A program made the translations under genes and the position numbers. Below are positions 30,197 to 40,330 of a stretch of 64,000 bases of DNA, in pieces. The stretch comes from Clostridiaceae bacterium (GTDB lineage: Bacteria; Bacillota; Clostridia; TANB77; CAG-508), in assembly GCA_012513065.1 (NCBI GenBank), contig JAAZCX010000012.1, positions 31,938 to 95,937 on the forward strand, written 5' to 3'. Each line of letters begins with the position of its first letter. Position 1 is the stretch's first letter. The notes beneath the pieces were generated by a model, which ran no database searches, was not told the origin of the DNA, and worked only from the letters and a program-made list of their open reading frames with translations.

Positions 30197-31547
30197 CTAC
30201 TTCATAAGATTTTTTAAATCTTGTGGATTCATATTTTTCATAAGATTTTTCATGCCTTTTCCATCTTGCATTTTTTTCATCATTTTTTGTGTCATTTCAA
30301 AAGATTTCATAAATTGATTTATTTGTTGTACACTTGTTCCACTACCTTTAGCTATACGAACTCTTCTACTTGCATTTAAAATTTTAGGTGTTCTTCTTTC
30401 TTGTTTTGTCATAGAACAAATAATTGCTTCAATTTTTACAAACTCTTTATCATCAACTTTTAAATCTTTAACATTTGCCATACCTGGTAACATTTTTAAT
30501 ATTGATGAAAATGAACCCATTTTCTTTACTTGTCTTAGTTGTGATAAATAATCATCTAAGTCAAAATCTTTCTTTTTTAATTGTTTTTCTAATTTTTCTG
30601 CTTCTTCAAAATCAAATGATTCTTCTGCTTTTTCTATTATTGAAAGAACATCTCCCATTCCTAAAATACGTGATGCCATTCTTTCTGGATGAAATTCTTC
30701 TATATCACTTAACTTTTCACCTATAGCTGCAAATTTAATTGGTCTATTAGTTATTTTTTTAACTGATAATGCTGCACCACCACGAGTATCACCATCTAAT
30801 TTTGTAAGTACCACTCCATCTATTCCTAGATTTTCGTTAAAACTTTCTGCTACATTTACTGCATCTTGACCTGTCATAGAATCAACTACTAGTAATATTT
30901 CATGTGGTTTTATATTTGATTTTACATTTTTTAGTTCTTGCATTAATTCTTCATCTATATGAAGTCTTCCTGCTGTATCTAATATAACTACATCATTTAA
31001 TTTACTTATTGCTACATTCATTGCCTGTTTTGCAATATGTACAACATCTCTAGATTGTTCATTGCTATAAACTGGTATATCTAATTGTGAACCAACTACT
31101 TGTAATTGTTTAATTGCTGCTGGTCTATAAATATCACATGCTACTAATAATGGTTTCTTTCCTTGCTTTCTTAAAAGATTTGCAAGCTTTCCTGCTGTTG
31201 TTGTTTTTCCGTGATCCTTGTAAACCTACTAACATAATAACTGTGGGAGGATTTGGTGTAAAATTGATTTTACTTTCTTGACCTCCTAGAAGTTCTACTA
31301 ATTCATCTTTTACAATTTTTACTACTTGTTGTCCTGGTGTTAAGGATTTTAATACATCTTGGCCTAATGCTTTTTCTTGTACTGATGAAATAAAATCTTT
31401 TACAATTTTATAGTTTACATCAGCTTCTAATAAAGCAAGTTTTACTTCTCTTAATATTTCTTTTAAATCTGATTCTGTTATTCTTGCTTTTCCTCTTAAT
31501 TTTTTTGTAATATCTTGAAGTTTTGAAGATAATCCTTCAAATGCCAT
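30197..31547 (-). CDS. ffh: signal recognition particle protein Ffh, with an apparent frameshift inside the GTPase P-loop (extra nucleotide at plus 31211)
   Basis: The N-domain ORF ends VIMLVGLQGSRKNNN...; the downstream ORF carries DTAGR, TKLDGD and the M-domain. Deleting the C in tcaCggaaaa gives [41 protein letters not shown]. Confidence 0.9.
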
Positions 31548-31571
31548 GACATTTCCTCCTTTGAATTAATT

Positions 31572-31919
31572 TTAAACTAAACAACTTAATTCTTTTCTAA
31601 CATGATTTAGTATTTTTTCAATCTTCTTGTCAGATGAAGTTTCTTCGATTTTACTTAATTCGCTTAATACTTCTTGTAACATTTTTTCCTGTTTCATCAT
31701 CTTTTCCATAAACAAAAGCTTTTCTTCTAGCTCTAAAAGCTTATTCTCTCCCTTCTTTATAATGTCTCTAACAGCTTGTCTTGTAATTTTATTGTTTTCT
31801 GCTATTTCTGAAAGAGATAAGTCATTATTATAGTAATCTGTTAATATTTCAAGCTGTTTGTCAGTTAATAATTTACCATAAATCTCACATAACATACTTA
31901 CTTTAATATTCTTTTCCAT
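31572..31919 (-). CDS. ylxM: YlxM-family (UPF0122) putative DNA-binding protein upstream of ffh
   Basis: MEKNIKVSMLCEIYGKLLTDKQLEILTDYY..., a sigma-70 region-4-like HTH; conserved ylxM-ffh synteny. Confidence 0.7.
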   Translation of the reverse strand: MEKNIKVSMLCEIYGKLLTDKQLEILTDYYNNDLSLSEIAENNKITRQAVRDIIKKGENKLLELEEKLLFMEKMMKQEKMLQEVLSELSKIEETSSDKKIEKILNHVRKELSCLV

Positions 31920-32107
31920 ACAACCACCTCTAATCAAAAATGATACATACTTTCTGTTAATTTGTAATGCTAATATACTTTACACTATTTTTGTTAATTT
32001 GTCAAGTACTTTTGCTTTACTTTTATATATTTTTTCTCTTATTTCTTTCTTATGTTTTTTATATTTTTATGTTTTATTTAATCTTCTAATGTTTCATCAT
32101 TTTCGAT

Positions 32108-32557
32108 TCAATCCTGAACCTGAACAATACGGTAATTTTCTTTATTGTCTCTTATTACCATAGTTTCAATTCCAGAATTTATAATCATTCTTTTGCAAAG
32201 TGTACAAGGCTCAGCTTTTTCTTTATATTCTCCATTTCTGGAATTAATACCAACTAAATATAAAGTTGCTCCAATCATTTCGCTTCTACTAGCACTAATT
32301 ATAGCATTTTGCTCTGAATGAACACTTCTGCATTTTTCATAACCAGCACCACTAGGAGTATTATTCTTTTTTCTTCTGCATTCACCTAAATCACAACAGT
32401 TTTTTCTTCCTCTTGGTGAGCCAGTATAACCTGTAGCTATGATTTCATCATTTTTTACAATAATGCTACCATAATTGTTTCTTATGCAAGTTCCCCGCGA
32501 AGAAATTTCTTCAGCAATGTATAGATAATAATTATTTTTATCTTTTCTTTTTTCCAT
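32108..32557 (-). CDS. dCMP/cytidine deaminase family (ComEB-like deoxycytidylate deaminase)
   Basis: HSEQNAI (H-A-E) and PCTLC (PCxxC) zinc-binding motifs. Confidence 0.7.
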   Translation of the reverse strand: MEKRKDKNNYYLYIAEEISSRGTCIRNNYGSIIVKNDEIIATGYTGSPRGRKNCCDLGECRRKKNNTPSGAGYEKCRSVHSEQNAIISASRSEMIGATLYLVGINSRNGEYKEKAEPCTLCKRMIINSGIETMVIRDNKENYRIVQVQD

Positions 32558-32609
32558 AATTTAGACCTCCATTTTTAATAATTATGCAAGTAAAAAGAAA
32601 CAACTATTG

Positions 32610-33101
32610 CTAGTTCTTTCTTTCAAATGTTATATATTCATAATTAAACGGATTTTCTTCATTTTTTAAACCTTGTTTTCTATCTATTACTTTCCATTCG
32701 TTTTCTTTAATTTCTGGAAAACATACATCTCCATCAAATTCTTCTTTTATTAGTGTTAAATATAATTTATTTGCATATGGCATTAATAATCTATATATTG
32801 TTGCTCCACCTATTATAAAATTTTCTTCATCAGAATTTATATATTTATCAAGCATAGAAATATCTTCTAATACTTCTACATTTTCATCTTCTATATTCAT
32901 TTCCATATCATTACACAAAATAACGTGTTTCCTATTTGGTAAAATTCTTCCTAGTGACTCAAAAGTTTTTCTTCCCATTATAATAGTATGTCCTGTTGTT
33001 AATTTTTTAAATCTTTTTAAATCTTCTGGTAAATGCCAAATTAGTTTATTATCTTTTCCTATTACATTATTTTCTGCTACTGCAACAATAATACTTAACA
33101 T
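32610..33101 (-). CDS. folA: dihydrofolate reductase
   Basis: 163 aa; MLSIIVAVAENNVIGKDNKLIWHLPEDLKRFKKLTTGHTIIMGRKTFESLG. Confidence 0.85.
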   Translation of the reverse strand: MLSIIVAVAENNVIGKDNKLIWHLPEDLKRFKKLTTGHTIIMGRKTFESLGRILPNRKHVILCNDMEMNIEDENVEVLEDISMLDKYINSDEENFIIGGATIYRLLMPYANKLYLTLIKEEFDGDVCFPEIKENEWKVIDRKQGLKNEENPFNYEYITFERKN

Positions 33102-33147
33102 ATTTTTCTCCTATTCATTTATATAAATTCTTTATTTATTTAATATT

Positions 33148-34005
33148 TTAAATAGCCACTGGTATCTTTCCTAATTTAATATCTTTATTATATTCATAAC
33201 ATTCTATTTCAAAATCTTCTGGTTTAAATTCATAAAAATCTTTAGTTGGATTTTTTATTATTAATCTAGGACAAACATCCATTGATTCTGCTTCTATTAA
33301 TTTTTCAATTAATGGTATATGTCTATCATATATATGACAATCACCTATATTATGTGTTAATGTTCCTACTTCTAATCCCGAAACTTGTGCGAACATACAT
33401 AATAATGCTGCATATTGCATTGTATTCCATCCATTTGCCGCTAGCATATCTTGTGATCTTTGATTTAATATTAAATGTAATTTTCCACCTTTTACAAGCC
33501 ATTGTGTTCCATAAGCACAAGGTTCTAAGTTCATATCTTTTAATTCTTCATGATTAAAAATATTACTCATTATACGACGACTAGCTGGATCATTTTTTAG
33601 TAAATATAATATATAATCTACTTGATCCATTTTTTTAATTCCTTCTTTTGTTTTAAATTCATACTTTTTTGCCATTTGATATCCATATGCTTTTCCTATT
33701 GTTCCATCTTCTCCTGCCCATTGATCCCATATATGTGAATTTAATTTATTAACATCATTAGATTTTTTTTGCCAAATCCATAATATTTCATCTATTGCTC
33801 TTTTTACTGTTTGTGAATTATTTCTTAATGTTATCATCGGAAATTCTTTTCCAATATCATATACATTAGTAACTCCAACTAATGAAATATAATTTGCTTC
33901 TTCTCCATCATCCCATCTTGTTCTAACTCCTGTTCCTTTTGAAGAATAACCATTTTTTAGTATCTCTTTGCATGTGTCAATAAAATTTTTATCTGCTTGT
34001 GTCAT
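33148..34005 (-). CDS. thyA: thymidylate synthase ThyA
   Basis: 285 aa; ...LEPCAYGTQWLVKGGKLHLILNQRSQDM..., the catalytic Cys context of ThyA. Confidence 0.9.
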   Translation of the reverse strand: MTQADKNFIDTCKEILKNGYSSKGTGVRTRWDDGEEANYISLVGVTNVYDIGKEFPMITLRNNSQTVKRAIDEILWIWQKKSNDVNKLNSHIWDQWAGEDGTIGKAYGYQMAKKYEFKTKEGIKKMDQVDYILYLLKNDPASRRIMSNIFNHEELKDMNLEPCAYGTQWLVKGGKLHLILNQRSQDMLAANGWNTMQYAALLCMFAQVSGLEVGTLTHNIGDCHIYDRHIPLIEKLIEAESMDVCPRLIIKNPTKDFYEFKPEDFEIECYEYNKDIKLGKIPVAI

Positions 34006-34080
34006 AAAGAATTCCTCCTTTTATGATTTATTTTTTTAATAATATCACAAGCATATTTTTTTGTAAATAAATTAATAAAT

Positions 34081-34130
34081 AAAAACACCTTCTTTTAAGT
34101 AATATATATACTTAAAAGAAGGTGTTTTTT
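34081..34130 (-). terminator. rho-independent terminator of the Thy1-like gene
   Basis: aaaaacaccttcttttaagt...acttaaaagaaggtgtttttt hairpin (about 17-bp stem) followed by a T run on the minus strand. Confidence 0.6.
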
Positions 34131-35291
34131 ATACTAATCTGTCTAATGCTTTTGCAGGTCCCCATATACACGGTTTTTTAGCAGTACATGTGTAATCCGG
34201 AAACATACATCTTGCTCCTTTTGAATACTGTAACAAGTAATCGTACACTCTAGGTTTTACATTTTCAGTATTTTTCAAATACTTGTTTAATGTTTCTTTG
34301 GTCTGCATAGCAGTCTCGAGCTGAGCAAATCCACATAAACGTTCTTTACATTTGAGTACAAAGTTTTCTACTGTTCCTCTTTCATTTACCAGAACCATTT
34401 TTCCTTGTGGAAAATATTTTGAAAGTGAATTAATATCTTTTAACCACTCATCCTGTAATTTTGTATTCCTAATAATAGGAGGAACAAAATACATGTTAGT
34501 AGTATCAAATGAATGAACAAAAATTTCATAATTCAATGTTCTGTATCTTTGTGCCTGAGCCAGCTGTGCAAAAGATGCCCAATAAGTATAGCAGTAATTT
34601 TCTCCCCATTCATCTTCTCTCTTTATATCTGAAAATAGTGAAAGTTTTCTGTTCTTGGAGTCCGGGTTAGTCCCTTCTACCTTATACTCAGGATTCATAT
34701 TTACAAATTCCTGTAAAATCGGTTTTAACTTTTTGCTAAAAGATGTATCATTTTCATTTTTAGTAAAATCTTCTATCATATGAAGAAGATAACTAAACTG
34801 CTGAAAAGTTACAGAATACCCCATAACTGTTGCCAGGGTAAAGATGCTAATCAAATATCTAGCATTTTCCTGAGCTAACTTTTGTACCTTTTTTCCGTCA
34901 ATTTGGCTATATATTTCGCTTATACGGTTTTTGAAAATTTCAATCCATTTTTCATACAGCACTTTTTCTGTCTCAGACGGCTGCATCTTTGTATATCTTG
35001 CGGATTTTTCTGAAGTATCATATACTCCTTCATTATTTAAAATCATTGCCATGATTTTAGGGATTTCTTCATATACAAAGTTATATCTCGGATGTCCAAA
35101 AACGCTGTGATGGTTTGATTCCATATTTCCAGTTGCCCGCTTCATTGTTTTTTTCTGAAGCTTCTTCAAAAATAGAATCCACTGTATCCGGCATATAGCA
35201 AATACCTGCCTCTTTTCCAGATAAATCAATTGCTTCTTCAATAGGAAGTTCATAACCTACCTTTGTTGATGCTACTACTCTTGTTTTCATA
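34129..35291 (-). CDS. divergent Thy1(ThyX)-fold protein with distinctly higher GC than its neighbours; reading frame broken once (T7 homopolymer at 35148..35154, or an extra nucleotide at 35139)
   Basis: N-terminus MKTRVVASTKVGYELPIEEAIDLSGKEAGICY and a ...NHHSVFGHP element resemble ThyX AAR..CY and SGHxSVxEH, but the RHRx7S catalytic motif is not evident. GC is about 40% against about 25% nearby. Confidence 0.4.
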
Positions 35292-35492
35292 CGTTTTTTC
35301 TCCTTCTGATATAATATTGTCAACAAGTTACGTTTTAGCTAAATATCTTTTTTATTGATTTTCTCCTCCTTTTAATATAATTATATTTTAAAAGTTCCTA
35401 CAAATATTAAATTGTATGAGAATTATAACATATTAACATAATCTTTTCAAGTATTATACACATTTTAAAAATAAAATAAATATTATTAATAT

Positions 35493-36383
35493 CTATATAT
35501 CCCATTTTGGTACATATTCTTCTTCATGTTCTCCTAGTTCTTGCATATATCCATTCTTTAAATCTAATGAGAAAAAGTATTCTTCTATTTGTTTATATTC
35601 TTTTTTTGTTAATTTTCTATTAATAAGTTCATCTTCTTTTGCTTTATATGTTGGAAAATATTGAGCCATAACATTTATATATATTTCTTCATTTATATTG
35701 TCTTTTATCCACTTTAATACATTTTTACTATTTTGAATATGATTTGGTAAAACTAAATGTCTTATCATTACTCCTTTTTGTATCATTCCATTTTCATCAA
35801 ATTTTGGACTTCCTACTTGATTTATCATTTCTTTAATTGCTTTTGTTGCAATTTCAAAATAATTATCTACTCCAGAATATTTTTTGGCTAATTCATCAGA
35901 ATAATATTTTAAATCTGGTAAATATACATCTATATACCCTTTTAAATCTTTTATTGTTTGAATTTCTTCATATCCATTAGAATTATATATTATTGGAATA
36001 TTTAATCCTTTACTTTTTGCAATTTTTATAGCTTCTATAATTTGATATGCATACATTGTTGGTGTAACTAAATTTATATTATGTACATTATTTCCTTGTT
36101 GTTTTAAAAATATATCTGCTAATTCTTCTATTGTAATTTCATAACCTTTTCCTAATTGACTTATTTCATAGTTTTGGCAAAATTTACAACTTAAATTACA
36201 ATTTGAAAAAAATATTGTTCCAGATCCATTTGTTCCACTAATACATGGCTCTTCATAATTATGTACAGATGCTAATGCAATTTTAATCTTATCATCAGAT
36301 TTACATCTTCCTTTTTGACCATGTATTCTATTTACTTTGCAATGATGTGGACATACTTTACATTCTATTAATTGTTCTAACAT
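35493..36383 (-). CDS. radical SAM protein, PflX-like (homologue of PFL-activating enzymes)
   Basis: N-terminal CKVCPHHCKV...RC cysteine cluster plus the CNLSCKFCQN radical SAM CxxxCxxC. Confidence 0.6.
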   Translation of the reverse strand: MLEQLIECKVCPHHCKVNRIHGQKGRCKSDDKIKIALASVHNYEEPCISGTNGSGTIFFSNCNLSCKFCQNYEISQLGKGYEITIEELADIFLKQQGNNVHNINLVTPTMYAYQIIEAIKIAKSKGLNIPIIYNSNGYEEIQTIKDLKGYIDVYLPDLKYYSDELAKKYSGVDNYFEIATKAIKEMINQVGSPKFDENGMIQKGVMIRHLVLPNHIQNSKNVLKWIKDNINEEIYINVMAQYFPTYKAKEDELINRKLTKKEYKQIEEYFFSLDLKNGYMQELGEHEEEYVPKWDI

Positions 36384-36517
36384 TAAATCTATCTCCTATT
36401 CACAATGTGTCTATAATAATTTATCTTTCAATATTTTAACATATTTTTAATAATTTTGTACATTTTTTTAAAACTATGTTATAATGTCAAAAGATTTTTT
36501 ATTTAGGAGGTCTTAAT

Positions 36518-37240
36518 ATGGCATTTATTGAACATGAATTTACACTTACAATTAGAGATATTAATACAAAAATGCAATTATGTAATAAATCAATCTTAAG
36601 TTTTTTTGAAGATATTGGTGGTTATCATTCTGATTTAGCAGGATATGGATTAAAAGATATAGAAAGAACAAGACTAAGTTGGGTTTTACTATTTTGGAAA
36701 GTAAAAGTTATTAAAAGATTAAAATATGGAGATAAAATTAAAGTTAAAACTTGGTCAAGAGGTAGTGTTCGTGCTTGTTGTCTTCGTGATTATGAAATTT
36801 ATAATAGTAATGGTGAACTTTGTGTTATTGGAACTTCTAAATGGGCATTAACGCATTTAGAAAAAGGATTAGTAAAACTTACCGATGAACTTACAAGTAA
36901 TTATAACAATGAAACAAAAAGTGTTTTTGAAAATTTCGATTTTAAAAAATTAAAAGAACCTGATAATTATTCTAATATATATGAGTATACTGTATCTAGA
37001 AGAGATATTGATATTAATAATCATATGCATAATTTAAATTATTTAGATTTAGCTTATGAAGCTTTACCAGAAGATGTTTATAAAAATAATTCTTTCGATA
37101 ATATAGAAATCATGTATAAAACTGGTGCAACATTATATGAAAAATTAAAATGTTTTTATTCTCAAATTGAAAATGAACATTTTATTGTAATAAAAAGTGA
37201 AGATGAAACTATTTTACATTCAATAATCAAATTATATTAA
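36518..37240 (+). CDS. acyl-ACP thioesterase family protein
   Basis: 240-aa double hotdog; ...RLSWVLLFWKVKVIKRLKYGDKIKVKTWS... Confidence 0.6.
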   Translation: MAFIEHEFTLTIRDINTKMQLCNKSILSFFEDIGGYHSDLAGYGLKDIERTRLSWVLLFWKVKVIKRLKYGDKIKVKTWSRGSVRACCLRDYEIYNSNGELCVIGTSKWALTHLEKGLVKLTDELTSNYNNETKSVFENFDFKKLKEPDNYSNIYEYTVSRRDIDINNHMHNLNYLDLAYEALPEDVYKNNSFDNIEIMYKTGATLYEKLKCFYSQIENEHFIVIKSEDETILHSIIKLY

Positions 37241-37273
37241 AAACAAAAAATAAAAGATATATAACTATATCTT

Positions 37274-38545
37274 TTATTTTTTTTGTTCTTTCTCTTCTTT
37301 TAAATAATTCATTATTTTTTTATATTCTTCTGAATCAATTTGTATATATCCTAAATAAAATTCCATCATACTTTCTAATGTATTGCATTTTCTTAATGAG
37401 TATTTTTTATTTTTCTTTTCTAATATTGTATATTTTGGAAGCATATAATTTAATTCTTTTAGAAAAACATTTTTATTTGATGTGTCTGGAAGAATTCTTT
37501 TTTTTCCTGATCTTTTATCATGTGCTGCAGTTCCATTTGCTCTTGATATATTTTCTCTATAAATAGACCTTATTTGCAATTCAAAATTATATTCTTTATG
37601 ATCTAAATAGCAAAATTTTAAATGATCTGCAATATAACCATTATTTTTTGTTTTTCTTTTATACCCATCTTTTAGTAATTCTATATTCATATCTTTTAGT
37701 AATTCTTTATTATTTGTTAAATAATTTGCAAAATCTTTTTCTACTTCTATACAACATAAATCATTATACTTAGTTTTCTCTTTTGCTGATGCTTGTTCTC
37801 TTTGTTTTATTAGCTCATTTAATTTTTTATTCTCTGTCTTTAAATCATTTGGAACATTTGCTATTACAATTTTAAATCCTCTTAAATCTTTTATTTTTAA
37901 ATATTCTAAAGGATTATATAATCTTTTAATTTCGTTTTCATCATTTTTAATTTTTTCTATACATTCCCAATGAAGTAAATTCTTTTCTGGTATATTACTA
38001 TCTTTTGCTGCTTTTTCTCCATAATCTTTTTCTATTTGTTGAATAAGTTTATTTCTTTTTTCAGTATCTATTTCTTCTTTATTTAATCTTATTTTAGTAA
38101 TTCTTAAACAAGCAGTTTTCATGTTATCACTTACTTCTTTTTCTTGTATAAGTTCATTTATATTACTTAGGTCTTCAATTTTTTCATAAAATATTTTTTT
38201 AGTTTTTTTAGCTAATTCTTTATTTGGCATTTTGTCTAAAATTAAAGAATATAAATTTTCTTTTTCTTTTACAGAAATATCATTTATTGCGTAAATTTTA
38301 CAAAGTCTTTCTATTTCTAGTTTATTTAATTTTTCTTTTAAACTTTTTTGTGATTTTTCTCTTCCTTTTGGAGGTTCAATTTTTACACCTTTATATCTGT
38401 CAGAAAATAATTCTACTATTTTAATAAAAGACTCATTAAATCTATTTTCATATTCTTCGTTATTTTTCAGTCCTAATTGATATTCATATATGATATTAGT
38501 TGGATGTTTCTCTACATGATATGTACTTCTTATATCATTTTCCAT
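37274..38545 (-). CDS. RelA/SpoT-homologue synthetase-domain protein (small alarmone synthetase/toxSAS-like nucleotide pyrophosphokinase) with a large internal coiled-coil insertion, 423 aa
   Basis: Synthetase-fold motifs in order: GREKSQKSLKEKLNKL (helix), DLRGFKIVI (D-x-x-G-x-R-I/V), GYIADHLKF (like GYQSLH), ELQIRS (like EIQIRT), GTAAHDKRSGKKR (like AAHWxYK). Confidence 0.55.
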   Translation of the reverse strand: MENDIRSTYHVEKHPTNIIYEYQLGLKNNEEYENRFNESFIKIVELFSDRYKGVKIEPPKGREKSQKSLKEKLNKLEIERLCKIYAINDISVKEKENLYSLILDKMPNKELAKKTKKIFYEKIEDLSNINELIQEKEVSDNMKTACLRITKIRLNKEEIDTEKRNKLIQQIEKDYGEKAAKDSNIPEKNLLHWECIEKIKNDENEIKRLYNPLEYLKIKDLRGFKIVIANVPNDLKTENKKLNELIKQREQASAKEKTKYNDLCCIEVEKDFANYLTNNKELLKDMNIELLKDGYKRKTKNNGYIADHLKFCYLDHKEYNFELQIRSIYRENISRANGTAAHDKRSGKKRILPDTSNKNVFLKELNYMLPKYTILEKKNKKYSLRKCNTLESMMEFYLGYIQIDSEEYKKIMNYLKEEKEQKK

Positions 38546-38723
38546 TTTTTATTTTCACTCTCCTAAATATTAACATTAATATTATACAACTTTTATTATT
38601 AAAAGTAAATAATTTATAATGTTTTATTTACATAATTTTTTATTGATATTTTTCTACTTTTTGTAACTTTTTTTTACTTTTTTCATAATATTTAGTATAC
38701 AAATAATTAAGGAGGTTTAAATT

Positions 38724-39084
38724 ATGTATAATTGTAGATATAGAAAATGTTGCTGCCAAAAAAATTATGATCAAAAAGTTATTGAAACTGCTTGTAATGA
38801 TTGTGGCACTACTGCTAATTACTATATTGCTAAAGACAATGATGATAGTTGTGATTGTGGTTTTGAGCAACAAGGTGAATCTATATTCCCTCAAAATCCT
38901 TTACTTGCACAAAGTTATGTTCCTATTCAATATATGGATAAAACTTTTACACCTTGTGTACGGATTAAAAATGGGAACTATTTTTCCTGAACTTGTTAGT
39001 CCTTATTCACCTGGACAGTCTATAGAAGAAATTGCCTTTATTAAAGCAATGAATTCTATTGGAGAGGGGTGTAATAAATGTTAG
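38724..39084 (+). CDS. cotJA: spore coat-associated protein CotJA, frameshifted by an extra C at 38961
   Basis: ...SYVPIQYMDKTFTPCV then, after a frame switch, GLKMGTIFPELVSPY (the CotJA YVPxQ and GTxFPEL motifs). Deleting the C in gtaCggatta joins them. Confidence 0.6.
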
Positions 39085-39551
39085 ATAATGAAAATAGAAA
39101 TTGTAACTGTGGTTATATGATGAATAATAATAGTAATATGACTGTTGAAAATCTTGATTTTCCTAATACTGATGCTCTTTCTGCTAATACTTCTGGAATG
39201 AGCTGTGGTAATTGCTGTGGAATGCAAGGAATGGCTCCAAAGCTTCCTGTATATTCTTATAAATTCACAAATATAGGACCAGAGGAAACTTGTTTAGAAA
39301 AAGAAATTACTAGAGAAGAAATGATTGAAAAAATAAGATGTTTAAGTTTTGCTATCGTTGAATTAGCTGAATATTTAGATACACATGTTGACGACGAAAA
39401 AGCAATATGTCTTCATAAAGAATACGCAAAAGAATTACGCGATTTAAAAGATAAATATCAAAAGATTTATGGTCCTCTAACTATTAATTTTCCATGTAAT
39501 AAATGGAGATGGATTGAAGAACCATGGCCTTGGGAAAGGGGGAATTTTTAA
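39078..39551 (+). CDS. cotJB: spore coat protein CotJB with a Cys/Asn-rich N-terminal extension
   Basis: The C-terminal half, FAIVELAEYLDTHVDDEKAI...YQKIYGPL, matches CotJB; the N-terminal 70 aa are low-complexity and Cys-rich. Confidence 0.7.
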   Translation: MLDNENRNCNCGYMMNNNSNMTVENLDFPNTDALSANTSGMSCGNCCGMQGMAPKLPVYSYKFTNIGPEETCLEKEITREEMIEKIRCLSFAIVELAEYLDTHVDDEKAICLHKEYAKELRDLKDKYQKIYGPLTINFPCNKWRWIEEPWPWERGNF

Positions 39552-39553
39552 TG

Positions 39554-40171
39554 TGGACCTATAATAAAGTATTACAATATCCAGTAAATATTAAATGTCC
39601 AAATCCAAAACTTGCTAAATTTATAATTAGCCAGTATGGTGGTCCAGATGGAGAACTTGCTGCTTCACTTAGATATTTATCTCAAAGATTTGGTATGCCT
39701 GATCAAAATTCTAAAGCTGTTTTAAATGATATTGGAACTGAAGAACTTGCCCATTTAGAAATGGTTGGTAGTATTGTTCACCAATTAACTGATGGAGTTT
39801 GTCCAGAAGAATTAGAAAAAGCTGGTCTTGGAGCATATTATACTGATCATGGTGTTGATGTATATCCTCAATCAGCTGCAGGTCATCCTTTTACTGCTGC
39901 ATATATTGCTGCAAAAGGTGATCCTATTGCTAACTTACAAGAAGATTTAGCAGCAGAACAAAAAGCTAGAGCAACTTATGAAAAACTAATTGATCTTTGT
40001 AAAGATGATCCTGATGTATTAGATCCTCTTCGTTTTTTAAGACAAAGAGAAATAGTTCATTTTCAAAGATTTGGTGAAGCACTAAGAGGCGTTCAAGACA
40101 AACTTGCAGAAAAGAAATTTTATGTAGCAAATTGTTCTAAAAAAATATGTAATGATAATGAATGTATGTAA
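39554..40171 (+). CDS. cotJC: spore coat protein CotJC (manganese-catalase-like)
   Basis: MWTYNKVLQYPV...GELAASLRYLSQRF...TEELAHLEMVG, di-iron/Mn ligand pattern; RBS AAGGGGG. Confidence 0.85.
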   Translation, partial: WTYNKVLQYPVNIKCPNPKLAKFIISQYGGPDGELAASLRYLSQRFGMPDQNSKAVLNDIGTEELAHLEMVGSIVHQLTDGVCPEELEKAGLGAYYTDHGVDVYPQSAAGHPFTAAYIAAKGDPIANLQEDLAAEQKARATYEKLIDLCKDDPDVLDPLRFLRQREIVHFQRFGEALRGVQDKLAEKKFYVANCSKKICNDNECM

Positions 40172-40330
40172 TTTTTCATAAGATTATTACACAAAAATAT
40201 CTCCTAAGAAATTTTATTCTTTCAGGAGATATTTTAATTATATATATAACACTTTTCTTTATTATTTTCCATTTTTTATATCATAAAAAATGGAATCCCA
40301 TTATATAACTAATGAGATTCCTAAATAATT

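Noticed and set aside
35139-35154. Assigning the Thy1-like frameshift to the C-before-GG artefact class
   Set aside because: The context is gcGGGc (GG followed by G), and a T7 homopolymer lies 10 nt away. Either lesion restores the frame, so the cause is left unresolved rather than counted with the nine clear cases.
38640-38894. 84-aa minus-strand hydrophobic ORF
   Set aside because: It overlaps the cotJA start region on the opposite strand, has an I/T/S low-complexity composition and no RBS.
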